Below, piece by piece: positions 11,301-20,459 of a stretch of 64,000 nucleotides of DNA. The notes under the pieces were generated by a model. It ran no database searches. It worked only from the letters and a program-made list of their open reading frames with translations, and was not told the origin of the DNA. A program made the translations under genes and the position numbers. The stretch covers positions 1,110,733-1,174,732 of the forward strand of contig JAXGYC010000007.1 in assembly GCA_040772485.1 (NCBI GenBank), written 5' to 3'. This stretch comes from Sedimentisphaerales bacterium. GTDB taxonomy: Bacteria; Planctomycetota; Phycisphaerae; Sedimentisphaerales; Anaerobacaceae. Position 1 is the first letter of the stretch. Each line of letters opens with the position of its first letter.

Positions 11301-12323
11301 GAGGTTCTCGCGGAGCACGCGCGCGGTGTCCTCCGACAGATCGTCCGCCAGATCGGCGGAATACAAACGGAAATCCTCGACGAGTCCATTTGCCATGTCG
11401 TAGGCCGACGCCCCGGACCCTTCGCTGGAGTAGTCCATGCGGGACGCCACGCCGCAGGCGAAACTCAGGGCCGCAATATCCGCCTCATTCAGACTGATTC
11501 GAGCGTCGTACTTGAGCCGAGCCAGGGCAAGAGACTCGTTGAGTTCGGCCAGCGACGGGAAATCGTAGCGGACATGATCGGCGTCAATGTCGATGCCGCT
11601 GACCGTCGTATACGAATCGCCCGTGTCGAAGACGGCGCCGCACTGGCGGTGGTAGTGAAGAACCTGGGCCATCGCCGTGGCGACGCAGCCGACGTAAGAC
11701 CGAAAGCCATCCACCGGATCCAGCGGACAGAAGGCATTGTAGGGCGCATCCTGTTCCCAGGTGGTCTCCAGCCAGCCTCCGGTGGAGGTGCTGTTCTCCG
11801 GCGGCCACTGCTGGAACGTCTGCCCCTCGGCCATCGGCAATCCTCGCCCGGAATAGAAGCGCCACCGGGCGTTGTTCTGCGCCGTCGCCGAGGGGTCCAC
11901 AGCCGCCAGCCGCGACCGCAGGTCCCGCGTCAGCAGGCAATAGAATGGATGGCGTTCGTCCAAACGATCCGGGAATCCGCCGCGAAGTGAGTATGCGACC
12001 ATCGGTTCCACGTCCGTGTCGGCCGATGTCACGACAAACCCCTGAGGCTCCAGTTCGACCGCGTACGCGAGCGTTGTCCCGTCGCTGTCACAAATCTCCC
12101 GAACACCGATACGGCTCGTGTCCCCAATCGCCTTGCCTCTTCGGGGGGCAGCCAGCCAGGGCGACGCGTTCGACGATCGCGCCTGCCGCATCCGGAGAAA
12201 CATGTCCGCCGCCTGGCGAACCTGCTCGGGCGAGACCGCCTCCGCCCGGAGTGCCGGACAGCACATCAGGTGTGCGAGGATGCACAGCACCACAGCCGAC
12301 CTGCGCCAGACAGCAGAATCCAT
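8376..12323 (-). CDS. Secreted C10 (streptopain-like) cysteine protease with Ig-like and two parallel beta-helix modules
   Basis: TTWEQDAPYNAFCP, GCVATAMAQVLHYH (catalytic Cys), GHAVVCDGY (His), YHLNFGWG. A duplicated VSGxWxxAxSPYxVxGDIxV beta-helix unit follows, ending in SPCIDAGDP...GRINMGAYGGT. Start placed at 12323 (GGAG SD, signal peptide). Confidence 0.88.
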   Translation of the reverse strand: MDSAVWRRSAVVLCILAHLMCCPALRAEAVSPEQVRQAADMFLRMRQARSSNASPWLAAPRRGKAIGDTSRIGVREICDSDGTTLAYAVELEPQGFVVTSADTDVEPMVAYSLRGGFPDRLDERHPFYCLLTRDLRSRLAAVDPSATAQNNARWRFYSGRGLPMAEGQTFQQWPPENSTSTGGWLETTWEQDAPYNAFCPLDPVDGFRSYVGCVATAMAQVLHYHRQCGAVFDTGDSYTTVSGIDIDADHVRYDFPSLAELNESLALARLKYDARISLNEADIAALSFACGVASRMDYSSEGSGASAYDMANGLVEDFRLYSADLADDLSEDTARVLRENLANRLPAILGIHTPDGMAGHAVVCDGYNTDGEYHLNFGWGRPYPAPIAEAWYRLPVDIPHALNAISAVLVNIQPTAPSVELRPGSLSFRGVPGQPSEPLTLSLKNSSTAALPVDSITCPEGFVVSLTGEEYAGRIGSFPISTPGQEAVIYVKFHPESAGVYYGLLAVHYGDSRVKHVPLRGAATTGGTRIETGHVSGTWSEAHSPYYVYGDIDVARGGELSIEAGTRIEFMGRYTLTVGPDARLLAQGTAARPVEFTAGNRELGWSGLRFVSSGDDDVLSHCSVTFAKNRVETPVLEFDWDIDKVWGGAICCNSSSPTITHCKITNNTCGRAGAIYCLYSSATISNTLIANNTCIGGEAQSGGVCCYLGSAVRIDNCTIVNNVSGGVFSESELGTEVTNSIIWGNSNYQIESYESEVSVSFCNVEGGHPGPGNLNDYPCFFDSSDGAGSEYDALAANWTLQMSSPCINAGGGDVTEVADLAGNARVHSTVADIGAYENQLDLPLMGIQPAGTAEFGCVAVDANAVTTVKISNTGKLDFQVSAVNLSDARGVFSILNPVSKHVLSPGQSMEVRLGFAPQAERVYSGILYVTSTSTNAPSRRIVLRGTGGLGTLVPGGPVSGVWTKAASPYTVTGDIEVAAGQSLTIEPGAAVKFAGHFGLTVGPDATLHAVGTERDLILFNATDTIDGWFGIRFVGSGDDDVLQYCHLAFANKPYATAADTVDLVGGAVLCCKADRPGDARSKSDPASSPVIDHCRFSNNHAESGGAIACLDDSRAVITNNTIVGNTADWEGGGIHVYSAAPTVSNNVIAENSAYWGGGLYNLYGRPRVVNNTIVRNRPNGLHLGSTRGLTSGSVPERACLLNNIVWENELYFEANSLTGGGLYDVRFNDIQGGCEGEGNIEADPLFVDSASGDYHLRSLAGHWDTRVSDWVIDEVSSPCIDAGDPSGDSGDEPAPNGGRINMGAYGGTPQASRSL

Positions 12324-12327
12324 GACT

Positions 12328-14790
12328 TCAGTCTCCGATCCGTCCTTCAACCGTTTCCAGAGCCGGCCCGGTCTGGCCCTCGGCCGGCGGCGAGCCATAT
12401 CCGGGACTCAGAACCGTGCGAAACGACCAGAGCGGTCCTTCCACTTGACCGTAGGCGTTGCGGGCCACCACCCGCCAGTAGTAGATCGCGTCCTTTCTCA
12501 GGCCGTGCGGGCTACAACGGGCCGCCACCAGGCCGGTCGCCACCTGATCCATCGCCATCGGATCCATACCTAAATATACGTCATACGCCGGCACCATCAT
12601 GCTGAATGTCGTGGCCCGCGTCACGTCTTCCCATTCGACGCCGTCGCCGGACGGACACCCGGTGTCCGGACACACCAGGGACCGGTCGCATCCCAGCGCT
12701 ACATCTTCGACAAACTCCTCCATGCCTCGACAGAGAATCCCCTCGACCTCCATCGAATCAAGGTTGATCACAGGCGATCCGGAATTCCCCTGATACGTGT
12801 CGAGATTGGCCTGGAAGAACGTGGGCTCGGTGTTCTGCCGGACGATCGCTCCGGCGTCGTACTTGCGCGGAATGCCCCATGGATGTCCGATAACCAGCAG
12901 CCGCTGCCCGTCGGCCACCCGCCCGCCCCGGCGCAGCGGCAGCGGCGTGCGACCGGTCACCCTGCGATCCAGCCGGATCAGGCCCCAGTCGGGATACCCC
13001 ACGTGATAGCCGACGATCTCCTCGATCCGGTAGACCTGATCGGCGCGTAGCGTCAGCGTCGGCGTCAGCGCATCTTCCATGACGAAGTCGAACACGACCA
13101 CCACATCCGACGCCCGGTCGCACGAGACGCAGTGCCCTGCCGTGATCAACAGGTCCGCCCCCACAAGGACCCCGGTGCACATGCCCGCCGAAGGCTGGTC
13201 CTGGAAAGGCTCATCAGGACAAAGCGCGTGCCCGGTATCCAATGGATCGAGCCATTGATACCACCACGCGAACGAGCGAGCGTCGACCTGGAAGGTGCCG
13301 TCGCCCCGCTCGACGAGGTTCGAGGCGTAGACCAGCACGGCTGTCGCGCTGCCCGCAGCGAGAATACGCGGATCCTCTATCTCGTATTCTTCCCGCCGGT
13401 CGTCTTCGCCGTAGATAGTGGTCAGTTGGCGCGCGCCTGCCTGACTGAACGTGACAATGTTTCGACCGGCCTCGACGGCACCGGCCGCGAGAGAATCATC
13501 GCCCCATGAGAGCACGATATCCGCCTGGTCGACATCCGCACCGTCGGCGGGACTGGGTCGATCCGGCACGGTTGCAGGCGCCAGTTGGTGCGGGGTCACT
13601 GTGAGCGAGTACGCGCCGGTCTCGTACTCGTAGCCGGCCACGCGAATCAGGTACTCCACGCCGGCACTCATCCACATCACGATCACCGAATTGGTGCTCT
13701 CGCAATCGTCGTCGCCGCAGGCCAATTCCGCGCCCGTCGGGTCGAACACCGCCACCGTCGTGTCGAACTCCTCGCTTTCGACGCAGACCGTCACCGGCCC
13801 TGTTTGCGTCGCCGTATAGGAATGCCACACGTCCAGCGCGTCGCGGTAGCCGCAACTGCTCTCCAGTTGCCCGGTCGCCCCCAGGCTCGTGCTCACGCAG
13901 GGCACGCCGGCTTCCACCACGATCGGATGGTCTCGATCGTCATGGGTCCTCACGTCCCAGGGACCTTCATAGTAGACCTTGATCCACCAGGAATCGATGT
14001 ACCCGACATTCCCCATGCGCACGTCCGTCGCGCGCAGGATCCAGGCCTGATTGGCCTGCTCGCCCGCGAACTCGGTGATGCCGGTCACGGTCCGGGAGAG
14101 GTGTTCCCCTTGCTGATCGTCCATGAGCCAGAGGTTGCGTCGGCGCGTCCGCGCCGCATCGCACAAGTCAACCCATAATTCTCCCACTGCCGGATGCACA
14201 ATCTCGTAATGGACGTCTACGCTGGTGACCACGGCCTTCGATGGCGCGCCGGAAAGAGAAATCTCGCTGCTGACCCAGTCCCATTCCGAAATGGCCTGAT
14301 CCGCTTCATTGCTGTCGGTGATCGCCCCCTGCGAGTGCAGCCAGACCCACGCGGCAGATGGATTCGCCTGTGCCTCCGTATCCATGCTGCGTCTGTCCGA
14401 CAGCAGGAAGTCCCGCACTACGATCAGGTCCTGTCCCTGGTCGATCAGATCAGCGACAGCCGTTGCCGCCAACTGGGCAGTGGCCCGTCTGCCGTCCTCC
14501 AGCAGTCGCACTCGGCTGCCCGGCGCCTGGGGCAGTCGCGCCAAAGCGGCCGCCGTCAGAGACTCATTCAACACCACCTCGATTTCCGCGAAATGGGCGT
14601 AAGGCGCCCGCATGGCGCGTGCGCGCCGGTCGGCAGAACCACTGACGACCTTGCTGACGCGGGCGGCAGTCGGGATGGACTGCCCTTCATCCCCTTCGAC
14701 TCTGCCCCAGGGAGGAACCAGCACGGAAACGACAGCGATCGACAGGACCTGCACCCACCCGCGGACCCGACTCGGGAATGCCACCCTCAT
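12328..14790 (-). CDS. Secreted trypsin-like (S1) serine protease with P-domain-like and PPC-like modules
   Basis: CTGVLVGADLLITAGHC (His), DWGLIRLD (Asp), DTYQGNSGSPV (Ser). The segment ending GYIDSWWIKVYY is P-domain-like. Start placed at ATG 14790 with a GGAAGGAG SD. Confidence 0.88.
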   Translation of the reverse strand: MRVAFPSRVRGWVQVLSIAVVSVLVPPWGRVEGDEGQSIPTAARVSKVVSGSADRRARAMRAPYAHFAEIEVVLNESLTAAALARLPQAPGSRVRLLEDGRRATAQLAATAVADLIDQGQDLIVVRDFLLSDRRSMDTEAQANPSAAWVWLHSQGAITDSNEADQAISEWDWVSSEISLSGAPSKAVVTSVDVHYEIVHPAVGELWVDLCDAARTRRRNLWLMDDQQGEHLSRTVTGITEFAGEQANQAWILRATDVRMGNVGYIDSWWIKVYYEGPWDVRTHDDRDHPIVVEAGVPCVSTSLGATGQLESSCGYRDALDVWHSYTATQTGPVTVCVESEEFDTTVAVFDPTGAELACGDDDCESTNSVIVMWMSAGVEYLIRVAGYEYETGAYSLTVTPHQLAPATVPDRPSPADGADVDQADIVLSWGDDSLAAGAVEAGRNIVTFSQAGARQLTTIYGEDDRREEYEIEDPRILAAGSATAVLVYASNLVERGDGTFQVDARSFAWWYQWLDPLDTGHALCPDEPFQDQPSAGMCTGVLVGADLLITAGHCVSCDRASDVVVVFDFVMEDALTPTLTLRADQVYRIEEIVGYHVGYPDWGLIRLDRRVTGRTPLPLRRGGRVADGQRLLVIGHPWGIPRKYDAGAIVRQNTEPTFFQANLDTYQGNSGSPVINLDSMEVEGILCRGMEEFVEDVALGCDRSLVCPDTGCPSGDGVEWEDVTRATTFSMMVPAYDVYLGMDPMAMDQVATGLVAARCSPHGLRKDAIYYWRVVARNAYGQVEGPLWSFRTVLSPGYGSPPAEGQTGPALETVEGRIGD

Positions 14791-15236
14791 GGCGCGCTCC
14801 TTCCACCCACTCCTTTCTCCTTGTCTGCGACGCCGGAATACGCTCCCATCCAACACGCGGACGATCCGGCCGATGGCATTATACCCGAACAGATCGCGGA
14901 CGACAATCTCCCAGACCACCCATCTCCCGCACGTCCCGCAGCTTCCGCAGCGGCTGCTTCGTTCGCCTTGCCGCTGTGGTCTTGCCATCTGAAAAACCAT
15001 GCGGCAGGCAAATCGTCGTATCTCCTTCAAAATTCCCACCTTGTGACACCCGTCCCATAAAAGGTAAAGCTTTCCAACTGCTCGGACCGATGAGAAAAAG
15101 GGGTGATAGGCCCTTTCTCAGTACTGGTAACATCGTTCCTTGGACAGCCGTGCGGACGCGATCCTTTTTCACGCCAGACGCACATGAAGGACGCCAAACG
15201 AAAGCCTGTCGTCATACGAGTAGGAAAGGAATCACG

Positions 15237-17870
15237 ATGAACGCAAGGAAAGGACTCGACACAAGGCGATCCGTCATCATAGCGATCCTGTTCGGCGCTC
15301 TGGTGGCCACCGCGTTCGGCGCCGCCGGCTGCGGCGACCAGATGGCCCGGATGCAGCAGAATCAGGTCAAGCTTCAGGCCATGGTGGCCGCCAATGCCCG
15401 CGAACTGGCCACGCTCTCCTCGCAGGTCCACGTCAGCCAGAGCCGGATCGAGGAGGGCTTCGCCAGCCTCGAACAGGACATCCGGAACACCGATGCCCGA
15501 GTCGCCGCCGTCCAGAGCGAGCAGGCTCAGCTTCACCAGACTGTGGCCGCGAACGACCAGAACATCAACGCCAAGCTCACCCAGCTCGCAGATAACCAGG
15601 CGTCTTTGCGAGACGGCATAGCCCACGTCGCCGATATCGCACAGCGCACCAATACCACAGTCAGCACGGTCGCACGAGACCAGGCGACGCTCCATCAGCT
15701 CGTGCAAAACAACAAGAAAGAACTCGTCGAGAGCATCACGACCGTCGCGAACAACCAGGAACAGACGCACGCCGGGATTCATCAGCTCCAGCAGGCCGAC
15801 CAGAACCTGGCTAACCTGATCGCCACGGTCACGGCGAAACAGGAGGCGCTGCAGAAGCTGACCGAAGGAAATCACGAGCAACTGACCGGAAGCCTCGCTG
15901 CATTGTCGACCCACCAGAGCCAGTTTCGAGGCGAGATGGGCGATCTCCGCTCGCTCACGCAGACCGTCGCCGCCGACGTGACGGCGCTGGGCAACGAGCA
16001 GGCCGCGCTGCACGACACCGTCAAAGCCAACACCGCCACGCTGGTTGCCGGCCAAGACGCGATTCGAGACACTCTCCGGACGAACAACGAAGTCGTCGCC
16101 ACCGGCTTGACCAACCTGGCGGTCCAACAGCAGGACATCAGCAACAATGTGACGAACCTGCGTGACAACTCGGACAAGCTGGCGGCCGACCTGGCAACGG
16201 TTGCGTCCGAGCAGACGGCACTACGACAGACGGTCTCCAACAGCACGGAGAACCTCGCCGCAATCGCCGAAGGCCAGGGCGCCCTTCAGCGCAGCGTGGG
16301 CGCACTCGACGCCAGGACCACAACCTTGGCAAGCGATATCTCCTCCGTCTCGCAGCAACTGAGCGCGTTGGACGAAAACGTCAAGGCCGGCAACGAAACA
16401 CTCACCTCGCACACTGCCGCACTGGCCGATGGCCAACGGATGATCCAAACCGGCCTGAACACCATGACCGCAACGACGAACCAGAGTGCGCTGACCGTCC
16501 TGGCCATGGGCAACCGGCAGGGCGAAATGGAACAGGCCATGCAGGCCGGCATCGACAGACTGACAGTCGAGACGCAGCAGCTTGCCTCGGGGCAGCACAA
16601 CTTGAACCAGGCCCTGCGTGACCGCAGCGAATCGCTCAGCGATCAACTGGTCGATCTGACCCAGCAGCAGCAGCAGATGCAGAGCGGCCTGGACACGCTG
16701 ACCATGACGACGGGACAAGTGGCTCTGGACGTGCTGGCCATCCACGACACGCAGGCCGGCCAGGGTCAGGCCATCGCGTCTAACCAGCAACAGCTTGTCG
16801 CCAAGCTCGACGCAACCGCACAGAACCAGCAGCAGATCCGAGAAGGTCTCGATACGATCACAGCCACCACAACCCAGACCGCTCTCGACGTCCTGACCGT
16901 CAGTGAAATTCAGGCCGGACAGGCGCAGGCGATCCAGGCCAACCAACAGCAGGTCGTTGCCAGACTCGACGCCGCCGCACAGGACCAGCAGCAGATTCGA
17001 GACGATCTCGACACGATCACCGCCACCGCGACGCAGACCGCTCTCGACGTCCTGACCATCAGTGAAATCCAGGCGGGACAGGCGCAGGCGATCCAGGCCA
17101 ACCAACAGCAGATCGTTGCCAGACTCGACGCCGCCACACAGGACCAGCAGCAGATTCGAGACAGCCTCGATACAATCGGTGCAACGACCGCGCAGGTGGC
17201 ACTGGATGTCCTGGCCGGACGTGATAGCCAGGTGCAGCAGGCCCAGACCTTGCAGGCCGGCCAACAGGCGATTGCCGCGGAGCTCTCGATAGTGACCGAG
17301 GGCCAGCAGCAGGTGCAGGGCCACCTTGAAACCATCACGGCCACGGCGACGCAGGTCGCCCGTGACGTTGTCCAGGTCGGCGAAAATCAGGGCAAGCTCG
17401 AACGAGCCTTCGAAACCAACCGCCAGGAACTGGTCGCCAGACTCACCGAGATCGCCCAAGGCCAGCAGGAATGGCTGACACGCTTCGACGCCGCACAGGC
17501 AAACATCGAAGCGATGGCCACGGGCATCGCTTCGCTCGAACAGCGGGTCATGAAGCTTCAGGGGACCCTGCAGAGCAGCCTCAACGATCTGAACACCCTG
17601 CTCGATGCGAAGTCGCAGCGACAGACCCAATTCGAAGAGACGGTTCGCCAGGATGTGCAATCCCTGGGCGATTCGCTCGTCCAGTTGAGAGACGCGCAGA
17701 CCGGCCTGCAAAAGCGAATCCAGGAAATGCAGAGCAGCAGCGAGAGCCAGACCGAGGATCTTCTCTCGGCCATCGAGCAGTTGCGGCAAAAAACCGACAG
17801 CAACAGCGCCCTGGTTCCGGCGGAGATCAAGAGTTCGAAGGCCCAGCCCGAGCAGATCCCACTGCCCTGA
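15237..17870 (+). CDS. Long Gln/Ala/Thr-rich coiled-coil lipoprotein with 53-aa repeats
   Basis: ATG 15237 after AAAGGA, then an h-region and lipobox AAGC. About 850 residues follow with heptad-like periodicity and no proline until the extreme C terminus. Confidence 0.8.
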   Translation: MNARKGLDTRRSVIIAILFGALVATAFGAAGCGDQMARMQQNQVKLQAMVAANARELATLSSQVHVSQSRIEEGFASLEQDIRNTDARVAAVQSEQAQLHQTVAANDQNINAKLTQLADNQASLRDGIAHVADIAQRTNTTVSTVARDQATLHQLVQNNKKELVESITTVANNQEQTHAGIHQLQQADQNLANLIATVTAKQEALQKLTEGNHEQLTGSLAALSTHQSQFRGEMGDLRSLTQTVAADVTALGNEQAALHDTVKANTATLVAGQDAIRDTLRTNNEVVATGLTNLAVQQQDISNNVTNLRDNSDKLAADLATVASEQTALRQTVSNSTENLAAIAEGQGALQRSVGALDARTTTLASDISSVSQQLSALDENVKAGNETLTSHTAALADGQRMIQTGLNTMTATTNQSALTVLAMGNRQGEMEQAMQAGIDRLTVETQQLASGQHNLNQALRDRSESLSDQLVDLTQQQQQMQSGLDTLTMTTGQVALDVLAIHDTQAGQGQAIASNQQQLVAKLDATAQNQQQIREGLDTITATTTQTALDVLTVSEIQAGQAQAIQANQQQVVARLDAAAQDQQQIRDDLDTITATATQTALDVLTISEIQAGQAQAIQANQQQIVARLDAATQDQQQIRDSLDTIGATTAQVALDVLAGRDSQVQQAQTLQAGQQAIAAELSIVTEGQQQVQGHLETITATATQVARDVVQVGENQGKLERAFETNRQELVARLTEIAQGQQEWLTRFDAAQANIEAMATGIASLEQRVMKLQGTLQSSLNDLNTLLDAKSQRQTQFEETVRQDVQSLGDSLVQLRDAQTGLQKRIQEMQSSSESQTEDLLSAIEQLRQKTDSNSALVPAEIKSSKAQPEQIPLP
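16686..17480 (+). repeat. Five tandem 159-bp (53-aa) coding repeats
   Basis: GCTCTCGACGTCCTGACC recurs at 16881 and 17040 (159 bp apart). Unit: LDTITATxTQTALDVLTxSEIQAGQAQAIQANQQQxVARLDAAxQDQQQIRD. Confidence 0.9.
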
Positions 17871-17903
17871 CCGGCGCACGACATCCCAGGTACGGAACAG
17901 TCG

Positions 17904-17938
17904 AGGGGATGGCCCGAAAGCCATCCCCTTTTCTATTT
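17904..17938 (+). terminator. Rho-independent terminator
   Basis: AGGGGATGGC-CCGAAA-GCCATCCCCT followed by TTTCTATTT, between convergent genes. Confidence 0.85.
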
Positions 17939-17964
17939 GGTGTTCGGACGGGACTGAGGGCGGA

Positions 17965-19005
17965 CTACAACAGCGTGATGCCGGCCGCACGGCACTTGGC
18001 GACCATCTCCGCCGGCCAGACGCTGGCGTGAACCTCGCCGACGTGAAGCTTCCGCAGGAAGAACATGCACAGTCTCGACTGGCCGATGCCGCCGCCGATG
18101 CTCAAGGGCAGATCGCCCGCCAGCAGGCGTTTGTGCCACTCGTACCGCCGCCGCTCCAGGGCCCCGCGAATCCCCAGTTGCTGCAGCAGGCTGTTCTTAT
18201 CGACGCGGATCCCCATCGAGCTGATCTCAAACGCCCGGTTCAACAGCGGGTACCACAACAGAATATCGCCGTTGAGCCCCCGGGTCCGGTCGCTGGTAGG
18301 CGTCACCCAATCGTCGTAGTCCGGCGCGCGCCCATCGTGCAGGGTCCCATCGGCCAGCTCGCCCCCGATGCCGATGACGAAGACCGCCCCCTGCTCCTGC
18401 ACGATCCGGTCCTCCCGCTGGCGCGGCCCCAGATCGGGCCAGCGCTCCAATAGCTCTTCGCTGTGCACGAAAGCGATCTCCGCCGGCAGCATCGGCTCGA
18501 TGTGGAGGTACCGCTCGCAGACAACCGCCTCGGTCTGGCGCAGCACCGCGTAGATGGACCGAACGATGGCCTTTAGAAAGTCCAGGTTTCGATCGCTTTC
18601 GCGGATGACGCGTTCCCAGTCCCACTGATCGACGTAAACCGAGTGCAGGTTGTCCAGACACTCCTCGTCCGGCCGGATGGCGTTCATGTCGGTGTACAGC
18701 CCTTCGCCGGGACCGAACCCGTAGTCGGCCAGCACCATCCGTTTCCATTTCGCCAGCGAGAACAGGCATTCGGCCTCGCTGTAGCCGTCGTCCTTGATCC
18801 GGAACGTGGCCTTGGCTTCGATGCCGTTCAGGTCGTCGTTGACGCCGGAACCCTTCCTCACAAACAGCGGCGCCGAGACCCGCTGGAGATTCAGCGCCGC
18901 CGCCAGGTGGTCCTGGAAGAAGTCCTTGACGAACTTGATGGCCTGCTCCGTCTGCCGCAGGTTCAAAATGGGTCGGTACTCACCGTTCAAAATCAGCTCA
19001 GGCAT
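17965..19005 (-). CDS. asnA: Aspartate-ammonia ligase (asparagine synthetase A)
   Basis: GVNDDLNG, SLAKWKR, HSVYVDQWDWE, HDGRAPDYDDW, SIGGGIGQSRLCM. ATG 19005 follows GGAGG. Confidence 0.97.
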   Translation of the reverse strand: MPELILNGEYRPILNLRQTEQAIKFVKDFFQDHLAAALNLQRVSAPLFVRKGSGVNDDLNGIEAKATFRIKDDGYSEAECLFSLAKWKRMVLADYGFGPGEGLYTDMNAIRPDEECLDNLHSVYVDQWDWERVIRESDRNLDFLKAIVRSIYAVLRQTEAVVCERYLHIEPMLPAEIAFVHSEELLERWPDLGPRQREDRIVQEQGAVFVIGIGGELADGTLHDGRAPDYDDWVTPTSDRTRGLNGDILLWYPLLNRAFEISSMGIRVDKNSLLQQLGIRGALERRRYEWHKRLLAGDLPLSIGGGIGQSRLCMFFLRKLHVGEVHASVWPAEMVAKCRAAGITLL

Positions 19006-19199
19006 CGAAACCTCCACCTTCTCCAGGGTCGGCCGCCCACCTCCGCAACGGTCTCAGACCTTACCCGCGGCCCGTCGTCGGGTCAAAACAAAACACGACA
19101 CCGGCTTGAAAACCGCAAGATGCGACGCAATAATTGCTCAGCGGCAGCGACTACAGAACTATACCGGTTCCACAGAAACCTCAAATGGGAGACAATCGT

Positions 19200-19973
19200 A
19201 TGGCCAGAATCAGTCTTGCCGGCCCGCTCGTTTTTGTCGCGCTTTTTGTCGGATGTTGTGTCAACGTGGGCAACGACTATCGGGCCAAGGCCCGGCGAAC
19301 CGACGACTTGACCGTTCCCGTGGCGGACGCGGCCAGCCTGGACATCCGCACCAACTTGGGCACCATCACGCTGGTAAGCGCCGACGTCAGCGAGGTACAG
19401 GTCACCGCCGAGATCACCGTCAAGGCCAAGACGGAGGAAGAGGCGGAGGCCCTGGTCAACGAGGTGCAGATCGCGGCCGAGCCCTCCGGCCGGACCCTGG
19501 TCATCAAGGCGGAGAAGCCGTCGGACTTCGGCCGCAACCAGTTGGCAGTCGACTTCACCATCACGGCCCCCGCTCGCCTGGCCCTCGATTGCACTACCAA
19601 TGTGGGCGACATCCAGGTGACGGGTTTCAGCGATCGCGTGGCCGCCAAGACAGACGTCGGCGCCATCCGCTGCACCGACCTGCGCGGTGACGCCGATCTT
19701 CACACCAATGTGGGCGATATCCATGCGGCGTATGCGGCGGACGCACCGGCCGCCCTCGATATCAGTGCCACCACCAACGTGGGCAACGTGGACCTCACAG
19801 GCCCAACCGAGATGTCCGCACGCCTGGCCGCCACCGTCAACGTCGGCTCCATCGACACCGACCGGCCACTGACCATCACGGGGAAGATCCAGAAGTCCAT
19901 CAAGGCCACCCTTGGCAACGCCGAAGGAGACGTCACGCTCCGCACGAACGTCGGCTCGATCCGCATCCGGTAG
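19200..19973 (+). CDS. DUF4097-like beta-strand repeat lipoprotein
   Basis: Lipobox LFVGC and repeated TNVGDI/TNVGSI units. ATG 19200 follows GGGAG. Confidence 0.8.
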   Translation: MARISLAGPLVFVALFVGCCVNVGNDYRAKARRTDDLTVPVADAASLDIRTNLGTITLVSADVSEVQVTAEITVKAKTEEEAEALVNEVQIAAEPSGRTLVIKAEKPSDFGRNQLAVDFTITAPARLALDCTTNVGDIQVTGFSDRVAAKTDVGAIRCTDLRGDADLHTNVGDIHAAYAADAPAALDISATTNVGNVDLTGPTEMSARLAATVNVGSIDTDRPLTITGKIQKSIKATLGNAEGDVTLRTNVGSIRIR

Positions 19974-20013
19974 AACCGGGTCGAGACGTTGCCAAACTGA
20001 AGGGGCTGCAACC

Positions 20014-20433
20014 ATGACGCGATTGCTGTCGCCTGTCCAGTGCATGATCTTGAATGGGGTCTGGATCGTGGGATTTGCCTTCCTCGTCCTCTTCCTCGCC
20101 CGGGACGGCAACCTGGAATCGCGCAGTATCCCGGCACTCAACATTCTGCTCTTTCTGGGCCCCGCTGGATCTGCGGCACTTTGCGATCGGCTGTTGGGAC
20201 CCCTCCTCGGCGCCTTGGGATTCTCTGCGGGAACGGTCATCGTCGGTATAGTCTGCTTGCTGGGCGTCCCGTCTGTGAACGTCGATTGGACGCGTATCGT
20301 ATTCGTTCCACTCGTCTCTCTGGCACATCTTACCATTACCGTCCCGGTGTGGTGGTTGTCTCACCGATGTCGACGGCCCAAGGGCACTGGAATGCCCTCT
20401 GAGATCGCGCCGCCAGGGAAAGGAACAGAGTAG
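20014..20433 (+). CDS. Hypothetical small membrane protein (about 4 TM helices)
   Basis: Four hydrophobic stretches after MTRLLSPVQC; fills the gap between flanking genes. Confidence 0.55.
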   Translation: MTRLLSPVQCMILNGVWIVGFAFLVLFLARDGNLESRSIPALNILLFLGPAGSAALCDRLLGPLLGALGFSAGTVIVGIVCLLGVPSVNVDWTRIVFVPLVSLAHLTITVPVWWLSHRCRRPKGTGMPSEIAPPGKGTE

Positions 20434-20459
20434 GCCCGACACGGCAGAGAATGCTGTCG

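Noticed and set aside
14778..15236. N-terminal extensions given by the ORF track (14778, 15039, 12398, 8269, 23464, 45541, 52618, 61347)
   Set aside because: They overlap neighbouring genes, promoters or repeats. Downstream starts, most with SD sequences or signal peptides, fit better.
16686..17480. CRISPR or phage tape-measure interpretation of the 159-bp repeats
   Set aside because: The repeats are in-frame coding units of a lipoprotein, with no spacers and no phage genes nearby.
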